DNA from: Candidatus Woesearchaeota archaeon
GTDB taxonomy: Archaea; Nanobdellota; Nanobdellia; Woesearchaeales; JACPIF01
Assembly: GCA_016188215.1 (NCBI GenBank)
Contig: JACPIF010000011.1
Span: 172,159 to 236,158 of the forward strand
Length of the DNA: 64,000 nt
Direction of reading: 5' to 3'
The translations under genes were made by a program, and so were the position numbers. The notes beneath the pieces were generated by a model that was given only the letters and a program-made list of their open reading frames with translations, had not been told where the DNA came from and did not search any database. This document shows, piece by piece, positions 1 to 10,557 of this stretch; positions within the stretch are counted from its first letter, which is position 1, and each line of letters opens with the position of its first letter.

Positions 1-29
1 TCGGAAGCATGAGGAAAAACTATCGTATC

Positions 30-941
30 CTATCGTGTAGACGTATTCCCCAACTGCCCTATCTCTGAAACTGCATGGCTTGCCTGGCTGAGGTATTCAT
101 GCTCAAACATACTTTCATCCTCTTCGGAAAGCACCAGGCTGCTTATCTGCTGCGAAATCCTGGTCAGTTGCCGTACGCCTGTAAAGTCACGCTGCTCCAC
201 CAGCATATCACCTGAGCGAAGCGCCTGCTGCAGCTTATCAATGAATCCAGCCAGGTTGTCAGTATTATAACCTTTGTCATGTGCATGCTCAAGCCGCTCC
301 CGCGCCAATGCTGCATATCCCTGGCCAACCTTAAGAAGCGTTTGCATGTTCTCTTCCTGCCTGATTCCCAGCGCAGCCATCCTCTGCTTGATATAATGCT
401 CTGCCTCTGCCGCAGAAAACTCATGCACTGCCTTCAGCTTGATGATTGTCCTTGCTTTCCTGTACTCCACTGCATCCTGCAGCTTCTCATGCTCGCTCGC
501 AAGCAGGCTTCTGCTCTCTTCGCTGTCTGTTTTCCCCAGCGTGCGAAGCATGGCAGTGTCCAATGCAAGCATAAATTCCGCGCTGTTTGCCTCATATTGC
601 CCAAGCGCATGCTCAAGCTGCAATATCTCATCCAGCTCAGCCCCCGGCTCATCAGCCAGATTCTGCAGTGCAGCAGCAATTGCATCGCTTGAGTATCCTG
701 AATAGTCCAGTATCTCTTCAGCTTTGTCAAGCCTGCCGTCTGCAGCCATGGCTGCAGCTTCCTCCAGGCGCTCATTGAGCTGGGAAAAGCCCTGCTGCGC
801 CTTGCTATAAGGCTCAAAGCTCAGGAATAATGCAACGCGCTCCATAATAATTTCTCCCTGGAAAAACGAGTTTCCAGGCTCAGCGCGTGCACCTGAACAC
901 ATGAGCAGGGCAATCAATACGAATGATAACTTATTTGACAT
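30..941 (-). CDS. Secreted helical hypothetical protein (DUF5667-like N-terminus)
   Basis: 303-aa ORF with signal peptide; 'ERVALFLSF...ERLEEA' pattern; overlaps the upstream gene. Confidence 0.6.
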   Translation of the reverse strand: MSNKLSFVLIALLMCSGARAEPGNSFFQGEIIMERVALFLSFEPYSKAQQGFSQLNERLEEAAAMAADGRLDKAEEILDYSGYSSDAIAAALQNLADEPGAELDEILQLEHALGQYEANSAEFMLALDTAMLRTLGKTDSEESRSLLASEHEKLQDAVEYRKARTIIKLKAVHEFSAAEAEHYIKQRMAALGIRQEENMQTLLKVGQGYAALARERLEHAHDKGYNTDNLAGFIDKLQQALRSGDMLVEQRDFTGVRQLTRISQQISSLVLSEEDESMFEHEYLSQASHAVSEIGQLGNTSTR

Positions 942-1590
942 GCTTCCCTCTGCTCCGCTGCCCGCGGAGGTAGTAAAGGTAGAATCCCAGTATCACCATG
1001 AAGAGTGTGATAAGCACTGCGCCCAGGAATAAGTTTGTCTTCTGCCTGAATTTTACATACAGCGACAGCTCGTCGCCCTGCTTTAGTTTGCGCCGCTCCC
1101 ATATATAGATAGTTGAGCGGGCATCAGTGTCAACCGTATTCGGCTTTGGATACATGCTCCCCCCTGCCTTGACAAACGGTATGTCAAGCACAGCCTCAGG
1201 AGCCAGCGTCAGGCTTGCCTGCAGTGTATTAGTCGGGTATATGCTCTGCAGTGTTATCAGGAATTCATCCGGAGGCTGCAGCTCAGTTATGTAGCTCAGT
1301 CTCATCCGTTCAATTTGCGTCTTGTTTATGACAAGCATCTTATACAGCCCTTCCTCCCTGATTTCCAGTTCAACAGGCTCAAGATTTACAGTAACTAGCA
1401 CGCCCCGTGCATCTTTTGGGATAGGTATGGCTGTGCTCAGGTTTGCAGGTTCTGAGAATATCTTTTCATTGAGCACCAGCACGCTGCCATACTTCAGCTT
1501 GAACTCATAGATGTCATAACGGAGCTCCTGGGCAAGCGCCAAAGAGGCAATCATAATGAAGAGCATCAATACAGCTAATAACCTGCGCAT
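931..1590 (-). CDS. Hypothetical surface protein with signal peptide and C-terminal TM anchor
   Basis: 219-aa ORF, hydrophobic termini, TATA-like box upstream. Confidence 0.7.
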   Translation of the reverse strand: MRRLLAVLMLFIMIASLALAQELRYDIYEFKLKYGSVLVLNEKIFSEPANLSTAIPIPKDARGVLVTVNLEPVELEIREEGLYKMLVINKTQIERMRLSYITELQPPDEFLITLQSIYPTNTLQASLTLAPEAVLDIPFVKAGGSMYPKPNTVDTDARSTIYIWERRKLKQGDELSLYVKFRQKTNLFLGAVLITLFMVILGFYLYYLRGQRSRGKHVK

Positions 1591-1640
1591 ATCCTTTAAA
1601 ATCAGCTAAGTTTATAAAAATATTGCGGCTCTCTGCTGGT

Positions 1641-2732
1641 ATGATAAAAATTGACGGAAGCCATGGCGAGTCTGGAGGCCAAATACTAAGGACTGCTTTG
1701 GCATTTTCCATGCTTACTGGCGGGGCATTTACCATAGAAAATATCCGCAAAGGCCGCGAAACTCCTGGATTAAAGGCGCAGCATCTGGCAGGTGTTCAGT
1801 CTGCTGCCAGACTGTGCAACGCTCATGTGGAAGGCGCAGAGCTTGGCTCCACGCACCTTTCCTTTGCCCCAAAGCCATTGAAAGGCTCATCTCTCTCAAT
1901 AGACATAGGCACTGCCGGCTCCGCTACGCTGCTATTGCAATCGCTCCTGCCCGCGCTCATCTTTTACAAAAAGTGCTCAATCACGGTTACTGGCGGCACT
2001 GATGTTGCCCATGCACCCCCATACGATTACTTCGCTTATGTCTTCCTTCCACTCCTGTCCAGGTTTGCCTATATCAAATCTCAGCTCATTAAGCGCGGCT
2101 ATTATCCGAAAGGCAGCGGCACGCTCAAGCTTGATATTCTGCCAAAATATCAGTTGTCACAGTTTCCGGGTTTCAATGAGCTGCGCACGCATGTGCAGAA
2201 AGAAGCTCCTGGCTTCAAGCTGCTCAACCAATCCCAACTTGTGCATATCAAGGGCGTCTCGCACGCGTCTGCAGATTTGCAGCAGGCGCAAGTTGCCGAG
2301 CGCCAGAAGCAGGCAGCTGTGCATGCTTTGTCAAAATACAGCTGCCCTGTCAGCATAAGGGTTGAATACGCCCGGACTGCTTCAACAGGCTCAGGCATAA
2401 CGCTCTGGGCGCTTTTCTCAGAGAAAAAGGACGAGCTTGATCCACTGCGCATACCCCGATTGGCCGGCGACGCGCTCGGCGAGCGTGGCATCCCTGCAGA
2501 AAAGGTCGGCAATCTTGCGGCACAGCGGCTGAGTGCAGAGATTGAAAGCAAGGCTGCTGTTGACAGGTATCTGGCAGATCAATTGCTGCCTTTCATGGCA
2601 TTTGTTCCCTCGAAGATTAAGACATCAGAAATAACAAAGCATTGCCTGTCAAATATATATGTCATAGAGTCCTTTCTAGGAAAAACATTTGAGATAGAGG
2701 AGAAGGAGAGAGTTATCAGGACGGTATTCTAA
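1641..2732 (+). CDS. rtcA: RNA 3'-terminal phosphate cyclase
   Basis: IDGSHGESGGQILR, RGYYPKGSG and DRYLADQLL motifs; ATG at 1641. Confidence 0.95.
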   Translation: MIKIDGSHGESGGQILRTALAFSMLTGGAFTIENIRKGRETPGLKAQHLAGVQSAARLCNAHVEGAELGSTHLSFAPKPLKGSSLSIDIGTAGSATLLLQSLLPALIFYKKCSITVTGGTDVAHAPPYDYFAYVFLPLLSRFAYIKSQLIKRGYYPKGSGTLKLDILPKYQLSQFPGFNELRTHVQKEAPGFKLLNQSQLVHIKGVSHASADLQQAQVAERQKQAAVHALSKYSCPVSIRVEYARTASTGSGITLWALFSEKKDELDPLRIPRLAGDALGERGIPAEKVGNLAAQRLSAEIESKAAVDRYLADQLLPFMAFVPSKIKTSEITKHCLSNIYVIESFLGKTFEIEEKERVIRTVF

Positions 2733-2735
2733 CAT

Positions 2736-3155
2736 TTATTTCCATAAAGAAAATTTCTTCGTAAGCTCAGAAACAAGAGTCCAGTCTCCAAAAAGGACAA
2801 TCCCATAATATTCCAGCTCTTCCTCTTTTGTAGCAGCCGATCTTTTCAATTGGTCTTCATAGGTGCCTTCAGTCATGGTATTGGTATAGTCAACAAAAGC
2901 AATATTATTAGCTAGAGCAGCTTTTCTTAGTTGCCGTATCTTATTGGAATTAGCTTTTAACACAACAAGCGGCATCTCTGATATATTGGCATGATTCCCT
3001 TGATCTGCATCTTTATAGTTTGTAAGACGCAGCTCTGCTTTATCAAGAATGCTGGCTCCTAATCCTAAAGACATATGCGCCAACGCATTTAATATAACCC
3101 CGGTTTCCTTGTTCTCATTCATTACAGCTACAAGCTTCTTTTCAAAAGTTGCCAT
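2736..3155 (-). CDS. DUF2000-family protein (Pth2-like fold)
   Basis: LNALAH...YKDAD...YYGIVLFG...TKKFSLW pattern. Confidence 0.75.
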   Translation of the reverse strand: MATFEKKLVAVMNENKETGVILNALAHMSLGLGASILDKAELRLTNYKDADQGNHANISEMPLVVLKANSNKIRQLRKAALANNIAFVDYTNTMTEGTYEDQLKRSAATKEEELEYYGIVLFGDWTLVSELTKKFSLWK

Positions 3156-3205
3156 TTAGGGTCAAAAAAGCGGCTATCAATATAAAAAGATATCTGCAAT
3201 TAGAA

Positions 3206-4915
3206 CTACTGCAGCGCCGCCAGCTTAATATCAGTCTGCAGCTCAATGATATCATAGTTCAGCTTGCGCTTCTCGCTATCTTCCACCCTGATGCTGCTGT
3301 GCGCCTGCTGTATGCTGCCCACTACCCGTTTCGCCTCATCCAATCTTCCTGCTTTGATAAGGTCGCGGGCCTGCCTTATGAGCACGTCAAGGTCAAGATG
3401 CTTGGGCATGGCTTGCGGCTCGCTCAGGATGCGCATGCTTCTCTCCTGCTCAATGAACTTGTGCAGGCTCTCCTTCTGGAAGGTCTCCCTGAGCTGTTTT
3501 AATTCCTGCTCCACTTCAACTAGCCACTGCTCTTTCAGTTTTACTTCGGTCTCGCGCTTGTCCAGCTCAAGCTCCCTGCTCTTCAGGAATCCCAATTTTG
3601 CATTGCCGTCATCAACAATCTTCCTGAGTTTCTGCTGCTCTTCCAGTAGCTGCTTCTCAAGCATGGGTATATTCTCCTTCAGCTCTTTCGCATGCGCAAC
3701 CTTTCTTTCACGCACTTCAAGATCATGCTTTGTTTCCTTCAGCCTTGCTTCAAGCGCTTCCAGCTCATCAACTTTCCTGATAAGCTCCTGCTGTTTCCGC
3801 TCCATCAGCGCAGTATCATCTTCAAGCTTCTCTGCTGCCACCACAACCTCTGCCTCTTTCTTGGATATGAGCTGTACATCATCCTGCAGCTCTTCATGCA
3901 TCTTGGCAATCCTCTTGTCCATCTCCTTGAACGAGGGCATGTTCTCGTCCAGGATTTCAAACAATTTTTGCCATTCCTGCCTGGCATCCTGCATCTCCTT
4001 AAGCCGCAGCCCAAGGTCGATCTCAACCTGTTTTTTCATCTCAATGAGTTTCACTGCCTGCTCGTTGAACACGTCATGCTTCTCTTTCAGCTCAACAAGC
4101 TGCTTTTTCACCTTTTCCTCTTCAGCAATCAGGATAGTCCTGCTCTCATCCATCTCCTTGAGCTTGTCCTGTATCTCGCGCTCTTTCTGCTCAAGGTTCT
4201 CATGGTATGATTTGATTTCACTGTGCTTTGAGTGCACCTCTGCTTCATGCGTTGCAATTTGCTTCCTGTCCTCCTCCAGGCTCTTCTGCTTTACAGACCA
4301 GTCTTTCTCAAAATTGGCCATCATGGCTTTCTGCTGCTCCAGCTCTTTTACCTGGGCCTCAAGCTCAACCTTTTTCTTGTTCCACTGGCTGACATCCCGC
4401 GACAATTCTTTGGTTGATTCAAAGATCTCCTGCTCCTTCTTGTTCAATTCTTCTTCCCGCTGGCTAAGAAGGCTCTCTTTTTCCTCAAGCAGGCTCTTGA
4501 TCTGCTCCAGTTCGCTAAGCTTCCCGCCCAGCTCCTGCTCTCGCCGGTCAAAATGCGCAAGCTTCTCGTCAAGCTGCTGCAGCTCTTCCTTCTTGCTGCG
4601 GATTGCGCTTTCAATCTGCTCGTGCTCTTCCTTTTTGCTGGTGAGCTGCTGCTCAGCCTTGCTTATATGCACGTGCCGCTGTTTCAGCTCCTGCATCTTC
4701 CTCTGGAACGCGGCAGCTAGCCCTGCTTCCTTGTTTTTGATCAGAATTTCCTTGTGCTCCAGCTCCTCAGCCTTCTTTTTCAGCTGCTTTGGAGGCGGCG
4801 GTAATGGCAATTCCTTTGAGATATCAAGTCCTTTCGGCACATCAGGAGGCTGCTCTAGCAATGCCTTTAGCTCCCTCTTTGACAGTACCCCCATGGCTAT
4901 GGATAATTTGAACAT
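3206..4915 (-). CDS. Long coiled-coil hypothetical protein
   Basis: 569-aa E/K/Q/L-rich ORF, Pro-rich N-terminus, C-terminal 'LNYDIIELQTDIKLAAL'; no ATPase motifs. Confidence 0.8.
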   Translation of the reverse strand: MFKLSIAMGVLSKRELKALLEQPPDVPKGLDISKELPLPPPPKQLKKKAEELEHKEILIKNKEAGLAAAFQRKMQELKQRHVHISKAEQQLTSKKEEHEQIESAIRSKKEELQQLDEKLAHFDRREQELGGKLSELEQIKSLLEEKESLLSQREEELNKKEQEIFESTKELSRDVSQWNKKKVELEAQVKELEQQKAMMANFEKDWSVKQKSLEEDRKQIATHEAEVHSKHSEIKSYHENLEQKEREIQDKLKEMDESRTILIAEEEKVKKQLVELKEKHDVFNEQAVKLIEMKKQVEIDLGLRLKEMQDARQEWQKLFEILDENMPSFKEMDKRIAKMHEELQDDVQLISKKEAEVVVAAEKLEDDTALMERKQQELIRKVDELEALEARLKETKHDLEVRERKVAHAKELKENIPMLEKQLLEEQQKLRKIVDDGNAKLGFLKSRELELDKRETEVKLKEQWLVEVEQELKQLRETFQKESLHKFIEQERSMRILSEPQAMPKHLDLDVLIRQARDLIKAGRLDEAKRVVGSIQQAHSSIRVEDSEKRKLNYDIIELQTDIKLAALQ

Positions 4916-5003
4916 GCTTTATTAATCTTTGTCATTACTTGTAGATGAAAAACCGCATCGTGCAAACCAAACATTTATAAACAAAACTTAAATCTCAGAA
5001 ACC

Positions 5004-5174
5004 ATGGAAGAGATGGTCTGTAATTCATGTAAGACAAAGGTTACGAACAGCAAGGGCACCGCCAGGTTCATGTGCCCGAACTGCAGCAAGCATGAGATTG
5101 TGAGATGCATGCACTGCCGTGAGATTTCTGCCAAATACGTATGCCCTCAGTGTAATTTTACAGGTCCTAACTAA
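5004..5174 (+). CDS. Small zinc-finger RNA-binding protein (DUF1610/HVO_2753 family)
   Basis: Hand translation: MEEMVCNSC...FMCPNC...IVRCMHCR...YVCPQCNFTGPN; usual position before aEF1B. Confidence 0.9.
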   Translation: MEEMVCNSCKTKVTNSKGTARFMCPNCSKHEIVRCMHCREISAKYVCPQCNFTGPN

Positions 5175-5176
5175 CA

Positions 5177-5452
5177 ATGGCAAGCGTTGTCATTACCTTG
5201 AGAGTGATGCCTGATACGCCAGAGGCAGACCTGCATGCCATTGAGAAAAGAGTCAGCGAATTAGTGCAGGAGTTCGGCGGCAGCGTTGGAAAGGTAGAGC
5301 ATATTCCAGTTGCATTCGGCCTTAAATCCCTGAATGTCATATTTGTCATGGACGAGTCATTAGGCTCAACAGAAGAGCTTGAGAAAGAGGCGGCAGCAAT
5401 CCCTCATGTCAATTCTGTTGAAGTGACTGATGTGAGAAGGGCTATTGGCTAG
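5177..5452 (+). CDS. ef1b: Translation elongation factor 1-beta
   Basis: VMPDTPEADL, PVAFGLKSL and VNSVEV motifs. Confidence 0.95.
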   Translation: MASVVITLRVMPDTPEADLHAIEKRVSELVQEFGGSVGKVEHIPVAFGLKSLNVIFVMDESLGSTEELEKEAAAIPHVNSVEVTDVRRAIG

Positions 5453-5462
5453 CGACTGATAA

Positions 5463-5750
5463 ATGAGTATGGCACCGGAAACTAATCAGAGACTATATGT
5501 AATAAAATACTTTACTCCTGCTGCAGGGCCTGCAGGCCATACTTTTCTTGCTGTTTCTTCTGTCGCTCCTACAGAACGTGAAGTTCGCACATTTGTTGAA
5601 AGAAGGGTAAATAGAGAAATTGATTGGCTCTTGCCGCCACGATTAGAAACAAGGGTCTTTTTCCCTCCATACACCAGGAATAGAGTTGGCCTTGAAAGTT
5701 TTGGAGAATATATAGAAGTTCATGATAAAGGACCTTTTGAGAGAACCTGA
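5463..5750 (+). CDS. Hypothetical protein
   Basis: 95-aa ORF following ef1b. Confidence 0.55.
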   Translation: MSMAPETNQRLYVIKYFTPAAGPAGHTFLAVSSVAPTEREVRTFVERRVNREIDWLLPPRLETRVFFPPYTRNRVGLESFGEYIEVHDKGPFERT

Positions 5751-5774
5751 TTTATTCAAGCATACACCACTTAT

Positions 5775-6824
5775 TTAGCAATTTCTTAATATAAATAATA
5801 ATTCTTTTTCAGGAACTGCACTCCTAATTCCCCAACCATTAAAATGCGTCCTGTTCGCTGCATATCCCTTGCTTTTTATCTTCTTAATTATATCATCCTG
5901 CTTAGGAATCCTGCTGACCTTATGCTTTTTGCATAATGCATGGATATCATGGAAGCCAACCGCATCAATCCTCGCTTCCTCCCTTATTGCGCCCAATAGT
6001 TCTGCCGCTTCCTTCATGTCTGCCTTTACAGCCTCTTTCCATGCTGCATCCGCAACCTTCCTGTCCCATAGCCTACCGAGCCATAACGGCCCTGCTCCTT
6101 TGTACATCCCATGCTGCCGCAGCACAGCATCAACATTCTTCTTTCCTTTTACGCACTCAAAGAATACTCTATAATAATGCTCAGTAGCATAGCTAAGCGC
6201 TGGAATAAGCGCCTTCTCGTACTGCCCAGCAACCAACTGCACCTTCCTGATCAGGATCCTCAGCCCAATCTCGTGCATCTCCTCATTCCGCAACGGATTA
6301 GCCCAATACTTCCGCCTGCAAGCCTCAGGAAAAGTTCCTGCCAATGCAGAGGTGTCAGTTGCAGTCACCGCTAGTATCCCTACCTTGGCAATCCTCTTAA
6401 CAGCAGCATCCAGGAAATTGTTCGGATTTCCAAATGGATCGATATCAATGTAGTCAAAGCTGCCAGCGTGCTCCAACAGGAACAGGTTTGCATCCTTATT
6501 ATAGACCTCAATCTTCTGCTTGAGCTTCTTTAATCCTTTCTCATTCAGCTTGATATTTCCGATGATTGACTCCACCGCCTTCCCACTGCTGTCATTGATG
6601 GCAATTGATTCCACATTTCTTGTTTCAAGCAGGAACCGTAGGGCACGCACCCCTGAAGCAGCCAGCGGATCAGCTATTTTCATCTTCTTTCCTTTCACTT
6701 TAAGCATTAGCACAGAAATATCCCTATTGAGCTTCATCACAGGGTTATAGAACACATCCATCTTCGCAGTTATCTTTCCTATTGAAGCTTTTATCTTGGC
6801 TTTGCCTTCTGTGATTATATTCAT
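5775..6824 (-). CDS. trm1: tRNA (guanine26-N2)-dimethyltransferase
   Basis: VFYNPVMKLNRD, ASGVRALR, DIDPFG, VTATD and HEIGLRILI motifs. Confidence 0.95.
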   Translation of the reverse strand: MNIITEGKAKIKASIGKITAKMDVFYNPVMKLNRDISVLMLKVKGKKMKIADPLAASGVRALRFLLETRNVESIAINDSSGKAVESIIGNIKLNEKGLKKLKQKIEVYNKDANLFLLEHAGSFDYIDIDPFGNPNNFLDAAVKRIAKVGILAVTATDTSALAGTFPEACRRKYWANPLRNEEMHEIGLRILIRKVQLVAGQYEKALIPALSYATEHYYRVFFECVKGKKNVDAVLRQHGMYKGAGPLWLGRLWDRKVADAAWKEAVKADMKEAAELLGAIREEARIDAVGFHDIHALCKKHKVSRIPKQDDIIKKIKSKGYAANRTHFNGWGIRSAVPEKELLFILRNC

Positions 6825-6863
6825 TTTAAATTAAGAATTCAATTAGCTTAAAATAACTTCTGA

Positions 6864-7523
6864 TTAATCAACACCAAGAGTTCTGCGCCAGTTTAAAAGC
6901 AAATCTGTTAATTCAGAAACATCCCTAACTACCTTAAAACCTGTATGCTCACGTGTTATCTGCCAGCCCCAAGGAACTCCTATAAAGGGCATGCCAATAA
7001 TTTCTGCTACTTGGTGATCTCGCAACTCATCAGCAACATATGGAGTCTTTCTTTGAAGGTTGTACTTTTCCCAAACAAAACCATATCTTCTTTTGAAAAA
7101 ATGCAACGCATGCCTCAAGGCATCCTCTTTAAGTTTAAACTCGTCACTTGTCAAAATTATACTAAATAAATCCCAGTATTGCCCTAAAGCCTTCCTAACA
7201 GTTAATGCTACATTTGAGGTTACTATGCCAAGTTGAATATCTGCTTCCTCTAGTTTAATTAGCATTTCCGGAATGCCTTCTACTAAAGGCAACGTATATT
7301 CTTCAGGAAATCTTGTAAAATAATCCAAAACTAGCTCTTTAATATGGGCCTCAGGAAAACCCGCAGTTCGAAATAAATTGCCAATAGGAAATGAAAATTC
7401 CTTGAATCGTTCCGGTAACCTTACATTAACCCCAAGTTGTCTACCCTTATCTGACATGTACTGCATATGAGCAGGGTAAGAATCTACCAGTGGTCCATCA
7501 AAATCAAAAATTATAGCTGTCAT
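6864..7523 (-). CDS. HAD-superfamily hydrolase
   Basis: IFDFDGPLVDS, IVTSN and VPWG motifs. Confidence 0.85.
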   Translation of the reverse strand: MTAIIFDFDGPLVDSYPAHMQYMSDKGRQLGVNVRLPERFKEFSFPIGNLFRTAGFPEAHIKELVLDYFTRFPEEYTLPLVEGIPEMLIKLEEADIQLGIVTSNVALTVRKALGQYWDLFSIILTSDEFKLKEDALRHALHFFKRRYGFVWEKYNLQRKTPYVADELRDHQVAEIIGMPFIGVPWGWQITREHTGFKVVRDVSELTDLLLNWRRTLGVD

Positions 7524-7644
7524 AATTTCAGATACATCTAATGATTTTAAAAATTTATGCTTATGTTTATCAAATAATCAACAACCTTAAAAACTCATCA
7601 TTTATCTCTCTTTCAGGGGGCAAGACAAGGCATAGTGCACATCC

Positions 7645-7715
7645 CAGTGTCGCAGTGCCGTCCCCAGGATAGGCGTCGCAGACTCCCGGCCCAGTGCGTT
7701 GGGTTTCCCAACGCT
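7645..7715. repeat. GC-rich intergenic palindromic element (GCGTCGCAGACT family)
   Basis: Similar to 36771-36801; contains hairpin GCGTTGGG-TTT-CCCAACGC. Confidence 0.5.
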
Positions 7716-7780
7716 TCCCTGCAAGTTCCAAGTAAGTTTGTGTGTAAAAATCAGGTTTAGATTTATTGTATCGTTTGAAA

Positions 7781-9538
7781 ATGGAAACACGCTCAGTAAT
7801 CTGCACGGTGATGGGTCATGTGGACCATGGCAAGTCCAGTATCCTGGACAGGATTAGAGGCACGGCTATTGTAGAGTCTGAGCCAGGAAAAATAACGCAG
7901 GCAATCGGCGCTTCAATTGTTACCCTTGATGTAATCAGGAAGATAGCCGGCAGCCTGCTGGAAACATTAAAGATAGAATTGACCATTCCCGGCTTATTAT
8001 TTATAGACACTCCCGGGCATGCAGCCTTTACCAACCTCAGGAAAAGGGGAGGCAACCTGGCAGATATCGCCATCTTAGTGATAGACATCCAGGAAGGCAT
8101 GATGCCGCAGACCCTGGAATCTTTAGAGATATTAAAGACCTACAAGACTCCGTTTATTATCGCATTGAACAAGATTGACCTGCTGCAGGGCTGGCAGGAA
8201 ACGCAGGGCACCATGATTCAGAAGATCATGGCGCAATCCCCCAACATGCAGGCACTCCTTGACCAGAAGCTGTACGAGCTGGTCGGCAAGCTCTCAGAGA
8301 ATGGGTTTAATGCAGAGCGGTTTGACAGGGTAGAGGATTTCACCAAGCAGGTTGCCATAGTTCCTGTTTCTGCGAAAACAGGCGAAGGCATTGCAGAATT
8401 ACTGGTCATGTTGGCAGGATTAGCCCAGAAATACCTTGAGCAGAGCCTGAAGGTAAACCTCCAGGGCCCTGCAAAAGGGACTGTCCTGGAAGTAAAGGAA
8501 GAGACTGGTTTAGGGACTACATTGGATGTCATCCTGTTTGACGGCAGCTTGACAATTAACGATACAATTGTGATTGGCACCACAAAAGAGCCGCTCGTTA
8601 CAAAAGTGAAAGCTCTCCTGGAACCCATGCCTTTGGCAGAGATGCGCGATAAGAAGGCAAAATACTCAAGGGTGCAGGAAGTAAAAGCAGCGACCGGCGT
8701 CAAGATATCTGCTCCTGATCTGAAAGAAGTGGTTGCAGGCATGCCGTTGAGGGGCGTAAAGAATGGCGATCTTGAAAAAGTAAAGCAGGATATCATGCAG
8801 GAGGTCCAGGAGGTCCTTATAGAGACAGATGAGAACGGAATTATCATAAAGGCAGATTCCCTGGGCAGTTTAGAGGCACTCATCAAGCTGTTAAGAGAGC
8901 GCAGCATCTCTATCAGGAGTGCATCTGTCGGCACTATCAGCAGGAAAGATATCGTGGATGCAGAGACTAATTATGAAAAAGATCCCCTGACTGCAGTCAT
9001 CCTTGGCTTTAACATACTGCCGCCTGATTCAGCTTCTCCAAAAGTGAGGATCATAACGAGTAATATCATCTACCGCCTTGTTGAGGAATACGAGGCCTGG
9101 AAGCAGGCAGAGGCCAGGAAACAGCAGGAGAATATCCTGGACACCATGAACCGCCCCTTCAAGCTGGAAATCCTGAAGGGATGCATCTTCCGGCAGAGCA
9201 ATCCTGCCATTGTCGGCGTTGACGTGCTTGCAGGTGTTGTAAGGACCAACATGCCTGTCATGGATAAGAACGGAAATGAGCTGGCCAGGATCAAGGAAAT
9301 GCAGTTGAACCAGGAAAACGTGCCCCGGGCTGAGAAGGGGCAGCAGGTTGCTGTCTCACTGCCCAATGTCACGGCAGGCAGGCAGATTGCAGAAGGCGAT
9401 ATCCTCTTTTCATCAGTCCCTGAAGAGCATTTCAGGAAGATGAAGGAGCTGAAGCAGAACATCACTCCCGAAGAGATAGAGATACTGAAAGAGATAGCCG
9501 AGATAATGAGAAGGCAGAATCCTTTGTGGGGCGTGTGA
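7781..9538 (+). CDS. infB: Translation initiation factor aIF5B (IF-2)
   Basis: GHVDHGKS, ITQAIGA, DTPGHAAF and NKID GTPase motifs. Confidence 0.97.
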   Translation: METRSVICTVMGHVDHGKSSILDRIRGTAIVESEPGKITQAIGASIVTLDVIRKIAGSLLETLKIELTIPGLLFIDTPGHAAFTNLRKRGGNLADIAILVIDIQEGMMPQTLESLEILKTYKTPFIIALNKIDLLQGWQETQGTMIQKIMAQSPNMQALLDQKLYELVGKLSENGFNAERFDRVEDFTKQVAIVPVSAKTGEGIAELLVMLAGLAQKYLEQSLKVNLQGPAKGTVLEVKEETGLGTTLDVILFDGSLTINDTIVIGTTKEPLVTKVKALLEPMPLAEMRDKKAKYSRVQEVKAATGVKISAPDLKEVVAGMPLRGVKNGDLEKVKQDIMQEVQEVLIETDENGIIIKADSLGSLEALIKLLRERSISIRSASVGTISRKDIVDAETNYEKDPLTAVILGFNILPPDSASPKVRIITSNIIYRLVEEYEAWKQAEARKQQENILDTMNRPFKLEILKGCIFRQSNPAIVGVDVLAGVVRTNMPVMDKNGNELARIKEMQLNQENVPRAEKGQQVAVSLPNVTAGRQIAEGDILFSSVPEEHFRKMKELKQNITPEEIEILKEIAEIMRRQNPLWGV

Positions 9539-9576
9539 TTCAGCAATTTATTCTGCAAGAAAACTTTTTACGCCAA

Positions 9577-9900
9577 TTAGGCTTTAACCTTCACTTTCTT
9601 ATCAAAATATTGCTTAGTCTCCTGTTGCAACAATTCCTTATAGGCATCTATCAGTTCTGCAACAGCTGAGTTTTCCTCATTCAGTTTGAATAGTTTAGCC
9701 TTTCCAATCTCCCGCGTTGGTACAACTATCTTTAAGGCTATAAACTCATTCCACAATCTGCTTAATGTAGCCCAGCCAACATTGCTGTTCCGCGCGATAT
9801 CTGACATGGAATAATCCAGGCCCCGATACTTTATTAAATAGTTCAGGATTCGTATTTTTGGCGTGTTTCCAAGCACTTTCATAAAGAAAGAATGTTCCAT
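9577..9900 (-). CDS. Winged-HTH DNA-binding protein
   Basis: DYSMSDIARNSNVGWATL helix-turn-helix with TREIGKAKLFKLN wing. Confidence 0.8.
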   Translation of the reverse strand: MEHSFFMKVLGNTPKIRILNYLIKYRGLDYSMSDIARNSNVGWATLSRLWNEFIALKIVVPTREIGKAKLFKLNEENSAVAELIDAYKELLQQETKQYFDKKVKVKA

Positions 9901-9959
9901 AGATGTATGGTAACAAAAGTCATATATAACCTTTTGTAATAAACATGACTTAAGAAAGA

Positions 9960-10066
9960 GCATGACTCAGCCGAGATAAATCTCGGCTGCTGTGGGTTGT
10001 CCGCGAACCGCAGCTTACTGGCAAATATTCGCGGACCAAATCGCGCCACGCGAAGCCGCCTCATGC
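9960..10066. repeat. Modular REP-like palindromic element A
   Basis: Hairpins CAGCCGAGA-TAAA-TCTCGGCTG (9968-9989) and GTCCGCGAA..TTCGCGGAC (9999-10036); modules recur near 53.1 kb and 57.5 kb. Confidence 0.75.
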
Positions 10067-10097
10067 AAATTAAATTAAGCAAAATTATTACAAGATA

Positions 10098-10556
10098 ATG
10101 CAGCAACTAAAAATCCTTAAAAGGAAAGAAGTGAAAGAGCTCATAGCCAAATTCAATAAGCAATGGGGCTATACAGGAAAGCTTGACTATACATTCCTGC
10201 AGAGCTCTAAAGATAAGATATACATTGTGAATAATGACATAAGCCGGATTGACATTTCCAGGTTGAGGATAGACAAGCTCGGCTTATATTTTTGCACGAT
10301 AGTGAACAACAACGAAATACGGCTGAGCATTGACGGTGCGCAGCTGATTGGAGCAGAATGCAATAAAAACATAGTGGAATTAAATGAGGCAGAAATGAAG
10401 GAGTGGCTGCAAGGCCTTGATTTGGAGAAAGAGGCTGCTGTGAAGGGCTTTGCCTTGATAAAGCATAACTCTGATTATCTTGGCACAGGCAAGGTCCACC
10501 AGAGAAAGATATTAAACTATATCCCAAAGGCACGGAGGATAAAGACCAGCATATAA
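10098..10556 (+). CDS. NIP7/RsmF C-terminal-like PUA-domain protein
   Basis: GLYF..IRLSIDGAQLIG, WLQGLDL and NYIPKARR pattern. Confidence 0.8.
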   Translation: MQQLKILKRKEVKELIAKFNKQWGYTGKLDYTFLQSSKDKIYIVNNDISRIDISRLRIDKLGLYFCTIVNNNEIRLSIDGAQLIGAECNKNIVELNEAEMKEWLQGLDLEKEAAVKGFALIKHNSDYLGTGKVHQRKILNYIPKARRIKTSI

Positions 10557-10557
10557 G

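Noticed and set aside
3206-4915. SMC/Rad50 call
   Set aside because: No Walker A/B or hinge motifs.
3264-4925. 553-aa Ser/Cys/Phe-rich plus-strand ORF
   Set aside because: Antisense shadow of the coiled-coil gene.
7570-7806. 78-aa minus-strand ORF
   Set aside because: Overlaps the infB start and runs through a palindromic repeat; no recognisable motif.
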